DNA of 64,000 nt from Bacteroidota bacterium (GTDB taxonomy: Bacteria; Bacteroidota; Bacteroidia; AKYH767-A; OLB10): the NCBI GenBank assembly GCA_031409815.1, contig JANNXV010000011.1:7148-71147 (forward strand). Reading direction: 5' to 3'. A program made the translations under genes and the position numbers. The notes below the pieces were generated by a model. It was not told the origin of the DNA. It searched no databases and worked only from the letters and a program-made list of their open reading frames with translations. How positions within the stretch are numbered: position 1 is the stretch's first letter; the number at the start of each line of letters is the position of its first letter. This document shows, piece after piece, positions 25,568-36,390 of this stretch.

Positions 25568-27979
25568 TCACTTCATCGGTTGCAAAATCAATGTACCGGT
25601 TTTATTACTTAAAATTTCTTTCTTGTTCATTTTTTGTTTGCGCAGCTTACCGGTGTTATACATAACAGCCTGGTCGTTGTAATAATGGCTCATCACATTG
25701 CCCGACTGACCGGTAGGCAAAACACTTTTTGAATTTTCTACATCTGCAAAATCCAGCACTATGCGCATGGCTGGTCCAAAAGTGGATTTGTAAATTCCTT
25801 TTTCGTTTAAATCAAATCCGATATTATTAATTACTTCGTTGCCACCCGGCACAGCATTGGGGCCTACGTTAAACATCAGGTTAAACGGTTTTTTCATTCC
25901 AATGGGATGTGTTTCTTCTAAAAAGTGAACGCTTCCCCATTCCCAATTATTTACATCAGTACCCAGTTGTGCCACCAGGTCGTTAATGGTTTTGTCAAAT
26001 GCTTCGTTAAAAATTAAGCTTCGCGATTCCTTAAATTTTTTGGTGCGTATATTATCCCACCAAAGTGAGTTGCCATCATTAATCAATTTTGGCAAAGTGT
26101 TTTTCATCACATGCGTTTTTAAAAATGCATTGAAATCGGTTTCGCCCAATTCGTCTTTCATGGAGTAAGCAAGCACCCAATAAATCAACTTATAATAAAT
26201 GGTAGGTGCAATATCCAATAACTGATGATCGCCATTCCAGGCAAGCAACGCTTTGTATGCATTGTAATGTGTTTGCGTTTTGTTGGCTAAAGATTTGTTA
26301 ACCTGTTCAAGAATAATTTTAACATTTGAAGTAGCAGATAAAGACACCGCATCAATATTTATGCGTTGCATATCTTCAATTGAATAAATGGATTTATCAC
26401 TCAGCAATTGTATAATGCGGTTAGCACGATCGTCAGGTACATAATAGCCGGGATATAATTTTCCCTGCACACTATCCGGTTGCCCATTGGCACTGTACAC
26501 AAAACCGGAAGGTGGATTTTCCGATTGTGGATTGTCTTTAAAATCATAAAAGCCTTTTACTTCTTCTTTACCCGAAATGCCGTCCAACAACAACACCGGA
26601 TTTACTTTATCAGCGCGTTTCATCAATCGTGCAGCAGCATACCATGCAATATTTCCTGTCGAATCGCCATACATGATATTGAGTCCTGGCGAAGTAATTT
26701 CTGAAGCCACCGTTCTCACTTCATCCATACTTTGTGCATGATTTAACCGATACGTACTTTGCACCAAATTGCTTGGGAATTTCAAATACGTCCAGTAAAC
26801 AGAAACAGCATCTTTGGTGATGTGTTTCCACTCAGGCATTACGCCTTGAACCAATGGACCATGTTGGCTTATTCGTACAAATAATTTATGATCAGGTTCG
26901 TTTTTAACCTTCACTATTTTTTCTATCACCTTTAAAGGAACCCACTGTTTGTTTTCCAAAACTTTAAACTTGTCATCTTTTTTAATTCGTTCAGTATAAA
27001 AATCTACATCATCGTTTTCGAACATGGTGAGGCCAACACTGCAAAAATGATTATGACCAATGGGTGCAAACGGAAATCCTGCCAAATGATTACCATAAAA
27101 ACTGTAGCCCGGATATTCAATATGTGCTTCGTACCAAACAGATGGCTGAGCATAACCGATATGTGTATCGTTAGCAAAAAGCACTTTGCCTGAGCTTGAA
27201 AGCTTTGGACTAAGCACCCAGCCATTGCTTCCAACAAAGGGAGGCACCGGCAATTTGTCGAGCATTGCACTTACGGTGTTTTGCATGGGAGCAGAAGTAG
27301 CATTGGTGTCGGGATGGTAATTTAAATTTAACAAGGTGCCGGGCACATAAGCTGTTGCCAGGTCATTTAAATAGCTATTTCCAAGTTTAGCCTGAATGGC
27401 GCTCATTAAAGGATCGGTGCGAAAACCCATTGCAAAATTAAAGGCCATGTATCCGGTGGCTAGATAAATATCACGAGGGATAAACTTTTGTTTTGGTATG
27501 CCAAGCATGGTAAACTCTACCGGTGTTCTGCCTTTTTCAATAAAACTATTGATACCATTCAAATAAGAAAATGCAGCGCGCTGATAAGGCTGCGAAATAC
27601 CTGAGAGATACATTTTGGTTGAAGAGTCGGCTTGTTCTTCTAAACAAAGCGTCTTAAAAAAATGATCAATGCTGATAAAATCTTTCCCAAAAACTTCACT
27701 GAGTCTTCCGGTGGCAACTCTTCTAATCATTTCCATCTGAAACAAACGATCCTGAGCATGCACATATCCTAAAGCAAAATAAGCATCCTCTTCGTTATTT
27801 GCATAAATATGAGGCACACCATAAAAATCGAATGTTATCGAAACTTTTTCGTTTATTCCTTTCAGTTGAACCGATCCTGCATATTGGGGTTTTTGAGAAG
27901 TGAGGTAAATAAGAATTGTTATTGCAGCTACAATAAGCAGTATAAAAAGTATAGCAAATGTTTTACGAATGATATGCAT
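25568..27979 (-). CDS. penicillin acylase family protein (peptidase S45; possible acyl-homoserine-lactone acylase)
   Basis: 803 aa. An N-terminal membrane anchor is present. FDFYGVPHIYANNEEDAYFALGYVHAQDRLFQMEM is a characteristic S45 N-terminal block. The putative Ntn nucleophile is GSNGWVLSP. Confidence 0.8.
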   Translation of the reverse strand: MHIIRKTFAILFILLIVAAITILIYLTSQKPQYAGSVQLKGINEKVSITFDFYGVPHIYANNEEDAYFALGYVHAQDRLFQMEMIRRVATGRLSEVFGKDFISIDHFFKTLCLEEQADSSTKMYLSGISQPYQRAAFSYLNGINSFIEKGRTPVEFTMLGIPKQKFIPRDIYLATGYMAFNFAMGFRTDPLMSAIQAKLGNSYLNDLATAYVPGTLLNLNYHPDTNATSAPMQNTVSAMLDKLPVPPFVGSNGWVLSPKLSSSGKVLFANDTHIGYAQPSVWYEAHIEYPGYSFYGNHLAGFPFAPIGHNHFCSVGLTMFENDDVDFYTERIKKDDKFKVLENKQWVPLKVIEKIVKVKNEPDHKLFVRISQHGPLVQGVMPEWKHITKDAVSVYWTYLKFPSNLVQSTYRLNHAQSMDEVRTVASEITSPGLNIMYGDSTGNIAWYAAARLMKRADKVNPVLLLDGISGKEEVKGFYDFKDNPQSENPPSGFVYSANGQPDSVQGKLYPGYYVPDDRANRIIQLLSDKSIYSIEDMQRINIDAVSLSATSNVKIILEQVNKSLANKTQTHYNAYKALLAWNGDHQLLDIAPTIYYKLIYWVLAYSMKDELGETDFNAFLKTHVMKNTLPKLINDGNSLWWDNIRTKKFKESRSLIFNEAFDKTINDLVAQLGTDVNNWEWGSVHFLEETHPIGMKKPFNLMFNVGPNAVPGGNEVINNIGFDLNEKGIYKSTFGPAMRIVLDFADVENSKSVLPTGQSGNVMSHYYNDQAVMYNTGKLRKQKMNKKEILSNKTGTLILQPMK

Positions 27980-28014
27980 AGTTGAAAATGGTGTTCAAAC
28001 CTACACAAAAAAAA

Positions 28015-29529
28015 TTAGTTTGTTTTTAAATCACTCGAGTTGTTTGCAGCAAAACCTTTTAATTTTTCTTTCTTATATACCCATCCGGTATAGATAAAAA
28101 TTAATAAGGTATTAATTAGTAATCGAGTCATTTTATGCAACTCCATGAAGTGGTCGATGGTTTCGCTCAAAAAATAAATGGCCAATGCAACGCCAAAATA
28201 AAGCAATAGTTTTTTCCATTGATAAGGTATTGGATAAATCCGTTGGCCGGTAAAGTAGGAAATCAGCATCATACTTGCATAACAAATAAGTGTAGCATAA
28301 GCTGCACCCAGGTAGCCAAGTAGGGGTATGAGCAGAAATAGAAATACAATGGTAATGATGGCTCCAATAACAGAGAAGAAAGCACCGTAACGCGTTTGGC
28401 CGGTGAGTTTATACCACATACTAAGATTCAGGTATACACCTAAACACATGTTGGCAACCAATAGCACCGGCACCACTTTTAATCCGGCATGATACTGAGG
28501 TCCGATAAAATATTTTATACCATCCAGATAAAGCATCACTACCAAAAAAATAACACAACAGCATATCACAAAATAATTCATCACACGTGCATACAATTCT
28601 TTACTGTTTTCTTTATGCTGTTGCGAAAAGAAAAAGGGTTCAGCCGCATATCGAAATGTTTGAACAAACAATGTCATAAGAATAGAAAGTTTGTAGCAGG
28701 CACTGTAAATACCTAGCTGTTGCAGTGCAGATGTTTTGTCAACCACCAGATATTTTAGAACTGCACGATCAAACGTTTCGTTAATCATGCCTGCAAAACC
28801 GGCAATAAGTAAAGGAAACGAGTACACTAACATTTGCTTCAATAATTCGCTGTTGAATTTTAACCGGAGGTGTTGCATTTCAGGCAATAGCAAGAGCATG
28901 GTTACAAAACTTGAAATCAAATTGCTGATAAACACATAGCCTACTCCATACTCTGGTTTATAAAAATTAAAAATGCTGTTAGTGTGATTCAAATAATTGT
29001 CGCGGCAAACGACAAGAAAAAATATATTCAAGCCAATGTTGAGTAGGATATTAATTATTTTAATGGTTGCAAAACGTTTTGCTTTTCCCTCTCTTCTTAA
29101 TCGTGCAAAGGGTAAAGAAGTAACGGCATCTAATGCAAGTATCCAGGCAAACCATTGTATATAGTTGGCATGATTTGAATACCCCAACTTGGTAGCTATG
29201 CTTTGCGAAAACAAAATCAATACTCCCGAAAATAATATCGAGCTGCTAACCAATGAAAACAATCCATTACTATATACTTCTTCCGAACTCCATTGACTGG
29301 TTCCCTTTTTATGTTTTTCGCTAAAATGAAAATAAGCTGTCTCCATTCCATAGGTATAAAGCACCATTAGAAATGTTACATAAGCATACATCTCTGACAC
29401 CACGCCATATTCTGCAGGTACAAAAATGCGGGTGTAAATCGGCACCAATAAATAATTAAGAAAGCGACCTACTATGCTGCTTAAACCATAAATGGCAGTT
29501 TGCCCGGCAAGTTTTTTTATGGTAGCCAA
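28015..29529 (-). CDS. MOP-superfamily polysaccharide/oligosaccharide flippase (Wzx/MurJ-like)
   Basis: 504 aa with about 14 predicted TM helices. The N-terminus is MATIKKLAGQTAIYGLSSIVGRFLNYLLVPIYTRIF. Confidence 0.6.
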   Translation of the reverse strand: MATIKKLAGQTAIYGLSSIVGRFLNYLLVPIYTRIFVPAEYGVVSEMYAYVTFLMVLYTYGMETAYFHFSEKHKKGTSQWSSEEVYSNGLFSLVSSSILFSGVLILFSQSIATKLGYSNHANYIQWFAWILALDAVTSLPFARLRREGKAKRFATIKIINILLNIGLNIFFLVVCRDNYLNHTNSIFNFYKPEYGVGYVFISNLISSFVTMLLLLPEMQHLRLKFNSELLKQMLVYSFPLLIAGFAGMINETFDRAVLKYLVVDKTSALQQLGIYSACYKLSILMTLFVQTFRYAAEPFFFSQQHKENSKELYARVMNYFVICCCVIFLVVMLYLDGIKYFIGPQYHAGLKVVPVLLVANMCLGVYLNLSMWYKLTGQTRYGAFFSVIGAIITIVFLFLLIPLLGYLGAAYATLICYASMMLISYFTGQRIYPIPYQWKKLLLYFGVALAIYFLSETIDHFMELHKMTRLLINTLLIFIYTGWVYKKEKLKGFAANNSSDLKTN

Positions 29530-29604
29530 ATAAGTAGAGATTGGAAAGTAGGAAGTAGGGATTTGAAATTCATGTTTTGTATTTCGGGTTTTGTTTTTAT
29601 CCTT

Positions 29605-29883
29605 TTAATCTCCATGCCGAATGATAAATTGCTTAAAGCCTATAAATGTTATTTCGTTCACGGTTATTTTTTCAACTGTTGACGATGGAGAACCTTGTTT
29701 GCAACAGTTAATAAATTGTTCCAATATTTCTTCGTTTGCTTCTGCTTCAATATAAACAGTGTCGCCATGCATATTTTGTACAAATCCTTTAACGCCCAAC
29801 TTGTCCGCTTGGTTCTTAGTAAATTTTCTGAAAAAGACCCCTTGCACTTTTCCACTTACAACAATGCGAACTGCTTTCATCAC
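29605..29883 (-). CDS. acyP: acylphosphatase
   Basis: 92 aa with the acylphosphatase signatures VSGKVQGVFFRKFT and GFVQNMHGDTVYIEAEA. Confidence 0.85.
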   Translation of the reverse strand: MMKAVRIVVSGKVQGVFFRKFTKNQADKLGVKGFVQNMHGDTVYIEAEANEEILEQFINCCKQGSPSSTVEKITVNEITFIGFKQFIIRHGD

Positions 29884-29950
29884 AACGCATATTTTATTTG
29901 CGATGAGGTTGTGTTACTAAATTTTATCTTTCTACTTACTGCCACTTTTT

Positions 29951-30727
29951 TTAATTTCCTTTAAACACCGGTTTGCGCTTGTCTAAAAATGCCTGTGCGC
30001 CTTCTTTAAAATCAGCTGTTGCAAAGCACTCACCAAAACTTTTAATTTCTTCACTGTAACCGTTTTTATTTTTATCATAATGAGCATTTACACAATGAAT
30101 GGTTTTAGCAATAGCGATAGGTGCCTGTTGTTTGATCTTGTTTAAAATTTCAAAACATTTATCCATTAAGGTTTCGGGAGTAGTAACATAATTTACCATC
30201 CCAAGTTGTAAAGCTTCATCAGCATTTATCATATCAGCAGTCATCAATAACTCCATTGCTTTTCCTTTACCAATCAATTGAGGCAGCCGCTGTGTTCCGG
30301 CATAACCGGGTATTAATCCAAGTTTAACTTCAGGCTGACCAAACTTTGCGTTGTTACTTGCTACACGAAAGTGACAAGACATGGCCACCTCACATCCACC
30401 ACCTAAAGCAAATCCGTTTACGGCAGCAATAACAGGCTTTGAGCAATTTTCAATGCTGTTAAAAACATCGTGTCCATGCGAAGAAAGTTGTTGTGCTTCT
30501 TCTAAAGTATAGTCGGCAAATTCAGAAATGTCGGCACCAGCCACAAAGGCTTTGCTTCCACTTCCCGTTAAAATAATGCCTTTAATAGCAGTATCCGCTT
30601 CTGCTGCTTTAACTGCTTTGCCAATTTCTGCAATGGTGTTTTTATTGAGGGCATTTAATTTATCAGGACGATTGATAGTGATGATGCATATTTCATCTTT
30701 TATTTTTGTTAGTATGTTTTCGTACAT
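29951..30727 (-). CDS. enoyl-CoA hydratase/isomerase (crotonase family)
   Basis: 258 aa with ILTGSGSKAFVAGADISEF and a conserved Glu region. Confidence 0.85.
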   Translation of the reverse strand: MYENILTKIKDEICIITINRPDKLNALNKNTIAEIGKAVKAAEADTAIKGIILTGSGSKAFVAGADISEFADYTLEEAQQLSSHGHDVFNSIENCSKPVIAAVNGFALGGGCEVAMSCHFRVASNNAKFGQPEVKLGLIPGYAGTQRLPQLIGKGKAMELLMTADMINADEALQLGMVNYVTTPETLMDKCFEILNKIKQQAPIAIAKTIHCVNAHYDKNKNGYSEEIKSFGECFATADFKEGAQAFLDKRKPVFKGN

Positions 30728-30800
30728 TTTAGTTTATGGTTTTCAGTTTACGGTTTTATACTTCGACCTTCATTATTCAAAATTCATCTTTTAGTATTTC

Positions 30801-31208
30801 TCAAAACTTTCTGTTTGCTTTTACAAATTCAGTGATGTAAGCAACAATATTTTTTGTTTCGGTACCCGGAGGAAAAAGTGTTCCACAGCCCATCGCCTGC
30901 AATTTTTTCATGTCAGCATCCGGAATTATTCCTCCTCCCGTAAGCAATACATCGGTTAACTCTTTTTCTTTCATCAAAGAAAGTATGCGCGGAAAAACGG
31001 TCATATGTGCACCTGATAAAATACTTACGCCAATCACATCCACATCTTCCTGCAAGGCAGCATTCACTACCATTTCGGGTGTTTGGCGTAAGCCAGTATA
31101 GATAACCTCCATGCCTGCATCGCGAAGAAAAGAGGCAATCACTTTTGCGCCACGGTCGTGACCATCTAAACCAACTTTTGCAATTAATACTCTAATGGGA
31201 CGCTGCAT
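30801..31208 (-). CDS. cobalamin (B12)-binding domain protein, methylmalonyl-CoA mutase C-terminal-domain-like
   Basis: 135 aa. A DxHxxG B12-binding motif (DGHDRGAKV) and a Rossmann-like [11 protein letters not shown] block are present. Confidence 0.85.
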   Translation of the reverse strand: MQRPIRVLIAKVGLDGHDRGAKVIASFLRDAGMEVIYTGLRQTPEMVVNAALQEDVDVIGVSILSGAHMTVFPRILSLMKEKELTDVLLTGGGIIPDADMKKLQAMGCGTLFPPGTETKNIVAYITEFVKANRKF

Positions 31209-31260
31209 AGAATTTTAGGGAATGTGAGCAAAAATAATTCAATTATTCGGTACTCATTAA

Positions 31261-34200
31261 TTAGGATTCAAGAGTCTCCTTATAACGAAGCAACTTTACG
31301 AAAAAGGTAGTGCCGTTTCCTTCATTCGTATCAAACCAAACGGAACCATCCATGCTTTCTACCATGTTTTTAACCAAGGCGAGACCAAGACCTGTTCCAC
31401 CAGTTTTGGTAGTAAAATTGGGTACAAAAATTTTATCTGTCTGATCAGAGGAAATCCCCGTTCCATTATCTTTAATGGAGACTATGAAATGAGCTCTTTC
31501 GGTCACTACTTTTATTTCGATGATCCCTTTTTTATTCAGGGGTATTGACTGAATAGCATTCTTAATAAGGTTAGCAAATATTCGTAGCAAATGATCTTTA
31601 TCTGCAAGCACAATCCAATGGTTTTCTTCAGAACCGTTATAGACTATTTGATGGTTTTCAGCATCGTTGTATAAATTAATAGTGGTTTGAAGTATGTGTT
31701 CAAGATTGAGTTTAACTGTTTCAACTTTAGGCATTTTTGCAAAATCAGAAAACGCGTTTGCAATAGAGGAAAGCGATTCTATTTGATCGATTAGTGTTTG
31801 CGAAATGCGTTCAAACATTTGATCAAGATTAGGATGTTTGTCAACCCAGGCGCGCTGTAAATGTTGCACATTTAGTTTCATTGGTGTCAATGGATTTTTT
31901 ATTTCATGCGCTACCTGTTTGGCCATTTCTCTCCATGCACTTTCGCGTTCGGTTTTTGCAATCTTCTCGGCACTCACCTGAAGTTCTTCTACCATTCGGT
32001 TATATTGATTTACCAGCGAGCCAATTTCATCCTTACGTTTCCAAATTAGGGGCTCATTGCTTTTGCTAAGAGTAGTGCGCTTTAAACCAAGCTGAATAAT
32101 TTTTAAAGGCCGAGTTATTCTGTTGGAGATAAAAAATGTGGCTATTATAGCAAAGGAAAAAAGTAACACATAAATATTTATTAGCGCTACAAGAAACGAA
32201 CTGATCTCCTTTTTTAGATCTGACTCACGGGCAAAATAGGGGAAATTCAAATAGCCAATGGACTGGTTATTGCTATTTCGCAAAGGTTCATACGCTGCAA
32301 TATAACTAAGCGACCCAATTTTTTCATCCTGTGTATAAATGGCCTTTTGATTGCTCATTAGTTGAGTTAAGGCGTTGCGATTCATTAAAGGTGCAAGAAT
32401 ATCTTGTTCATAAATGGTGGGTTGCGAAGTAAACAGAAGATAGCCTGATGGACTGTAAATATTAAAATCCAAACCAAGTGTGTGAGCTAGTTGATTAAAT
32501 GAAAAGGCAAGGTCGTCAGTAATTTCTGCACCAAAGTTTTTTCGTTCTCCTATTTCATTTTCAAGGAGTACAATTAATGAATTTAGTTTTTCTTTAATGC
32601 GTTCGTTTTGTGCGTTTGTATAGTTGCGAATAATGTAAGCAATGGTTGTACTTCCAACAAGTATCAATGAGGCAACTACAATTGAAACAATAGTGATTTG
32701 AATTCTGCCTTTAAAATTCTGAAACATTTTAAATCCAAAATTGCTGCCTCGTATTAATAAGTAGATTATTAAAAATAATAAACTAAAGAAGGTAAATACA
32801 TATGAAAACAATGTTATGTATACCAACGCCCCCAGATTATAAATGCTTAAAATTATTAATCCGCCATTGCTTGATTTATAAAACAAATGAGAATAACGGT
32901 TAAATGTTTCAAAGTGAAACGGCTGATTTCCTTCTATGTATTTAGCATAGGAAGAAGCAGTGAGCGCATAATTATATGCTCCTGCCTGGCTGACTAAGGT
33001 TCCATAATTATATCGGGCGTATGAATAGTTGGTAATATCCGTTTGCCGGTTTAGTACATCACTAATCAGCAGTTCTGGCATGCCGCTCTCACCCTGTTTG
33101 AATCGGGCATTTAGTTCGGCTGACAAATATCCACCTTCACCTTCATCGTTAAATAAAGGGAGTAGTGATAAATAACGAATTCTACCATACTGATTCTCTA
33201 AAAGAAATAGCTTACTGCTGTTTGTTGAAATTCCATTACCGTTAATTTTCTGCTTAAGCAAATCAATGTTCCAACCCGGATCGCCAATATTGTTGATGGG
33301 TATATCGTCAGTATTAAAATATTTAAGTTGAACATCATATTTACCCAGATAGCCGCTAAAGTATAGTCGCAAAAGTCTACTGTTTGTTTCTTCTTCTAAA
33401 CCTGGATTGTGTTGTAATTCCTGCAATCCATTTGTTAGAAAACGGATTAGGAACGTGTCTTGCTCCATTCTTTTTGCTGCATTGTCAAATAAATATTCAG
33501 CTACAAGATCTTGTTCGTTTTCAAGCTTTGATGCTAGCAATAATCGCTTATCTCGCTCGCGTGTTTGGTTAAAAGCATAAATTATTTGTGCTGCATACAA
33601 CGAAAATCCAAACACCACTAATAGTGATCGGGTGAAGGAAAAAAGTCTTCGCGATGTGCTGCGCACATAGTGGATAAATAGCATGAGGAAGTTGGCAAGC
33701 AAAAAGGAACTTACTCCATAATTAATAAAGAAATCGGTGTCGCGTAAAAAAATAAGTAGAATGAGAAATATTCCCTGAGAAATCAAGAACAGTATAAAAA
33801 CAAAGCCTGTGCTGATATGTGTTTTTTGAATAAAGAGTACACAGCCATCGCAAATCAGGTAAAATGAAAATAGCAGTATGGCTATAATTATAATTCCAAT
33901 AATACTAAATGTTGACAGTTCAAATACGTTGTTAATGTTGAATGATATTTGAGAATTGATAATTAATCCACTAAGTATATAATTGATAAGTACCGAAAAA
34001 AGAAAAGTGAGTGTCAAAAGAAAAAGGATAATAACTGACCATCTCTTTTTAGGTAATTTTTCTATTCGAAATAATACCATACCTGAACAATAGAGGTAGG
34101 CATATATTACAATGAGTGATAATAGTAGGCTTCCTGTAAGCAAGTCGCCAATTGAATTTAAGAGGTATGAGCTTGCATAATAATTGGGGCTGAAAAGAGG

Positions 34201-35004
34201 TGTTTCATAGAGTGCGCTAGGAAAGTGAGAAGCACCCATCCAAAGACGTAATAAAACAATTACAAAAATTAATAGGCCCCATCCACTGCGAATGCGACCC
34301 ATCAAAACAACGAAATCTAACAGCAAAATAAAAAGACATAACATGCCCAACCCAAAGGCAATTGCAGCAAATGGGAAAGCTTGATTTTCACCTGCCTTAT
34401 TGTCAAAACGGATGGAGAAAATATACTGTTCTGCAGAATTGTTTATTGAATAGGTTTTTTCCTTGCTATTCACAATAATCTCAGCATTATCCGGAAGCTT
34501 TAGCGTGGGATTAAATCTGTTAATGATATATTTGTTTTGATAAGCGTATTGATTTTTTACCAGGTAAAGGCCAACTAGTGTGGTAGTTCCTGTTGCTCTT
34601 TTAAATACCTGATACCAACCATTTTTGAAGTATACTAGTTGATGATTTTGCCAATTACCAACATCAGAAATGGAAAGTAGTATATGATTGTCGGACCAAA
34701 AAAACAGCTGGCTGCCTTCAAATACAAAATAGCTTAACCCTGATGGTTGACGAGTTTTATTGTCTAAAAACCACTTGTTGTTTAAGTGACTCCTGTTATA
34801 GGAAGCCAAAACGGAATCAAATAGCAATTCAACTTCGACTTCATTTCGTATAAATAGCTTTTGAGTTTTTTCAGTTTGTTTTTTAAAATTAAGCTGATTC
34901 TCTTTCTGTTTGATGTTGATTATAACTCCAATCGCAAATAAAAGTATCATGCAAATAAGCGAAACAGAAATTCTTTTTGGGAAACGAATTTTTCTTTGCA
35001 TCAC
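31261..35004 (-). CDS. large multi-pass membrane sensor histidine kinase (no receiver domain)
   Basis: 1247 aa. An N-terminal periplasmic region is followed by ~7 TM helices, a second extracytoplasmic region, 2 TM helices plus a HAMP-like segment, a HisKA H-box (AHEIKNPLTPM) and an HATPase_c domain (N, G1 DNGTGI, G2 GGTGLGL). Confidence 0.8.
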   Translation of the reverse strand: MMQRKIRFPKRISVSLICMILLFAIGVIINIKQKENQLNFKKQTEKTQKLFIRNEVEVELLFDSVLASYNRSHLNNKWFLDNKTRQPSGLSYFVFEGSQLFFWSDNHILLSISDVGNWQNHQLVYFKNGWYQVFKRATGTTTLVGLYLVKNQYAYQNKYIINRFNPTLKLPDNAEIIVNSKEKTYSINNSAEQYIFSIRFDNKAGENQAFPFAAIAFGLGMLCLFILLLDFVVLMGRIRSGWGLLIFVIVLLRLWMGASHFPSALYETPLFSPNYYASSYLLNSIGDLLTGSLLLSLIVIYAYLYCSGMVLFRIEKLPKKRWSVIILFLLTLTFLFSVLINYILSGLIINSQISFNINNVFELSTFSIIGIIIIAILLFSFYLICDGCVLFIQKTHISTGFVFILFLISQGIFLILLIFLRDTDFFINYGVSSFLLANFLMLFIHYVRSTSRRLFSFTRSLLVVFGFSLYAAQIIYAFNQTRERDKRLLLASKLENEQDLVAEYLFDNAAKRMEQDTFLIRFLTNGLQELQHNPGLEEETNSRLLRLYFSGYLGKYDVQLKYFNTDDIPINNIGDPGWNIDLLKQKINGNGISTNSSKLFLLENQYGRIRYLSLLPLFNDEGEGGYLSAELNARFKQGESGMPELLISDVLNRQTDITNYSYARYNYGTLVSQAGAYNYALTASSYAKYIEGNQPFHFETFNRYSHLFYKSSNGGLIILSIYNLGALVYITLFSYVFTFFSLLFLIIYLLIRGSNFGFKMFQNFKGRIQITIVSIVVASLILVGSTTIAYIIRNYTNAQNERIKEKLNSLIVLLENEIGERKNFGAEITDDLAFSFNQLAHTLGLDFNIYSPSGYLLFTSQPTIYEQDILAPLMNRNALTQLMSNQKAIYTQDEKIGSLSYIAAYEPLRNSNNQSIGYLNFPYFARESDLKKEISSFLVALINIYVLLFSFAIIATFFISNRITRPLKIIQLGLKRTTLSKSNEPLIWKRKDEIGSLVNQYNRMVEELQVSAEKIAKTERESAWREMAKQVAHEIKNPLTPMKLNVQHLQRAWVDKHPNLDQMFERISQTLIDQIESLSSIANAFSDFAKMPKVETVKLNLEHILQTTINLYNDAENHQIVYNGSEENHWIVLADKDHLLRIFANLIKNAIQSIPLNKKGIIEIKVVTERAHFIVSIKDNGTGISSDQTDKIFVPNFTTKTGGTGLGLALVKNMVESMDGSVWFDTNEGNGTTFFVKLLRYKETLES

Positions 35005-35114
35005 AGAAACAAATGTAGTTAGCCTATAGCTGGGTTTGGCTAGTAATGGCGAGATTTATTAACGAGCCATTGTTTTTATACTTTTGTTAGCTATTTAAAA
35101 CCTCAATTTTTAGT

Positions 35115-35612
35115 ATGAAAGCCCAAGTTAATAGCCGTCATGATTTTGTTATCGAAAGAAAGTTAGAAAGTATTTTATTAAATGATAAAGAACAGGATAT
35201 TGACTTAAAGGAGATTCGCCCAGGCACTTTTCATCTTATCATTAATAATAAATCAATTAATGTAGAGGTGATGGAAGTGGATAGTAAAAACAAAACCTAT
35301 AAGTTTTTAGTTAACCAAAAAATTTGCACTGTTTCTTTAAAAGATAAGTTAGATGATTTATTGCATGAACTGGGAATGGATGAGCTCACTACTTTAAAAG
35401 TAAATGATCTTAAAGCTCCAATGCCCGGATTGGTTTTAGATATTTTGGTAAAAGAAGGAGATAAGATTAATAAGGGAGATACACTTATTGTTTTGGAGGC
35501 CATGAAAATGGAAAACGCATTAAAGGCAGTAGCTGACGCAACGGTTAAAAAAATATCAATTAAAAAAGGAACCACTGTAGATAAAAATCAGGTGTTAGTT
35601 CAACTCGAATAA
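35115..35612 (+). CDS. biotin carboxyl carrier / biotin-requiring enzyme subunit
   Basis: 165 aa. The C-terminal biotinyl domain carries an EAMKM biotinylation motif. Confidence 0.8.
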   Translation: MKAQVNSRHDFVIERKLESILLNDKEQDIDLKEIRPGTFHLIINNKSINVEVMEVDSKNKTYKFLVNQKICTVSLKDKLDDLLHELGMDELTTLKVNDLKAPMPGLVLDILVKEGDKINKGDTLIVLEAMKMENALKAVADATVKKISIKKGTTVDKNQVLVQLE

Positions 35613-35633
35613 TTACAACTAAATAAAAAGTTT

Positions 35634-36353
35634 ATGGACACACCACAAAACAGAAGAACGTTTATTCGCAAGAGTGGGTTAATTGCAATCGGAACATTAG
35701 CCGCCTCTCAATTGAGCGCCAATGATTTTGGATTACTAAATGTTGATGCTGCTATTTTTACATTGCCACCTTTGCCATACGATTATAATGCTTTGGAGCC
35801 GTATATTGATACGCTCACCATGCAGATACATCACGACAAACATCACAAAGTGTATGTAGATAAATTGAATGAAGCAATTGCTGCTAGTAAAATAACCGAA
35901 ACCTCTTTAGAAAAAATGTTTCAGAAAATCAACAGCTATCCTGTCGCTATTCGAAATCATGGTGGAGGACATTATAACCATTCGATGTTCTGGCAAATAA
36001 TGACACCCGGTGGAGGAAATGCAAGTGGTGTTATTAACGAAGCAATCATTGCAACATTTGGTTCAATGGACGAATTCAAGAAAAAATTTAATGACGCAGC
36101 CAAATCGCGTTTTGGTTCGGGATGGGCTTGGTTAATTAAAAACAATAGTGGTAAGTTGGAAATTTGTTCAACAGCAAATCAAGATAATCCGTTGATGGAA
36201 GTTGCGGAAATTAAAGGAACTCCTTTGTTAGGATTAGATGTTTGGGAACATGCTTATTATTTAAAATATCAGAATTTACGTGCAGATTATATTGCTGCTT
36301 TTTGGAATGTGGTGAACTGGAATGAAGTGAATAAACGTTTTGCTGGCAAGTGA
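35634..36353 (+). CDS. sodA: Fe/Mn superoxide dismutase with Tat signal peptide
   Basis: 239 aa. The N-terminus has a twin-arginine motif (NRRTFIRK). The metal ligands HHDKHH and the DVWEHAYY block are present. Confidence 0.9.
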   Translation: MDTPQNRRTFIRKSGLIAIGTLAASQLSANDFGLLNVDAAIFTLPPLPYDYNALEPYIDTLTMQIHHDKHHKVYVDKLNEAIAASKITETSLEKMFQKINSYPVAIRNHGGGHYNHSMFWQIMTPGGGNASGVINEAIIATFGSMDEFKKKFNDAAKSRFGSGWAWLIKNNSGKLEICSTANQDNPLMEVAEIKGTPLLGLDVWEHAYYLKYQNLRADYIAAFWNVVNWNEVNKRFAGK

Positions 36354-36390
36354 AATATTTATCATTAATTAGAAGAATTTTTCTTGCCTG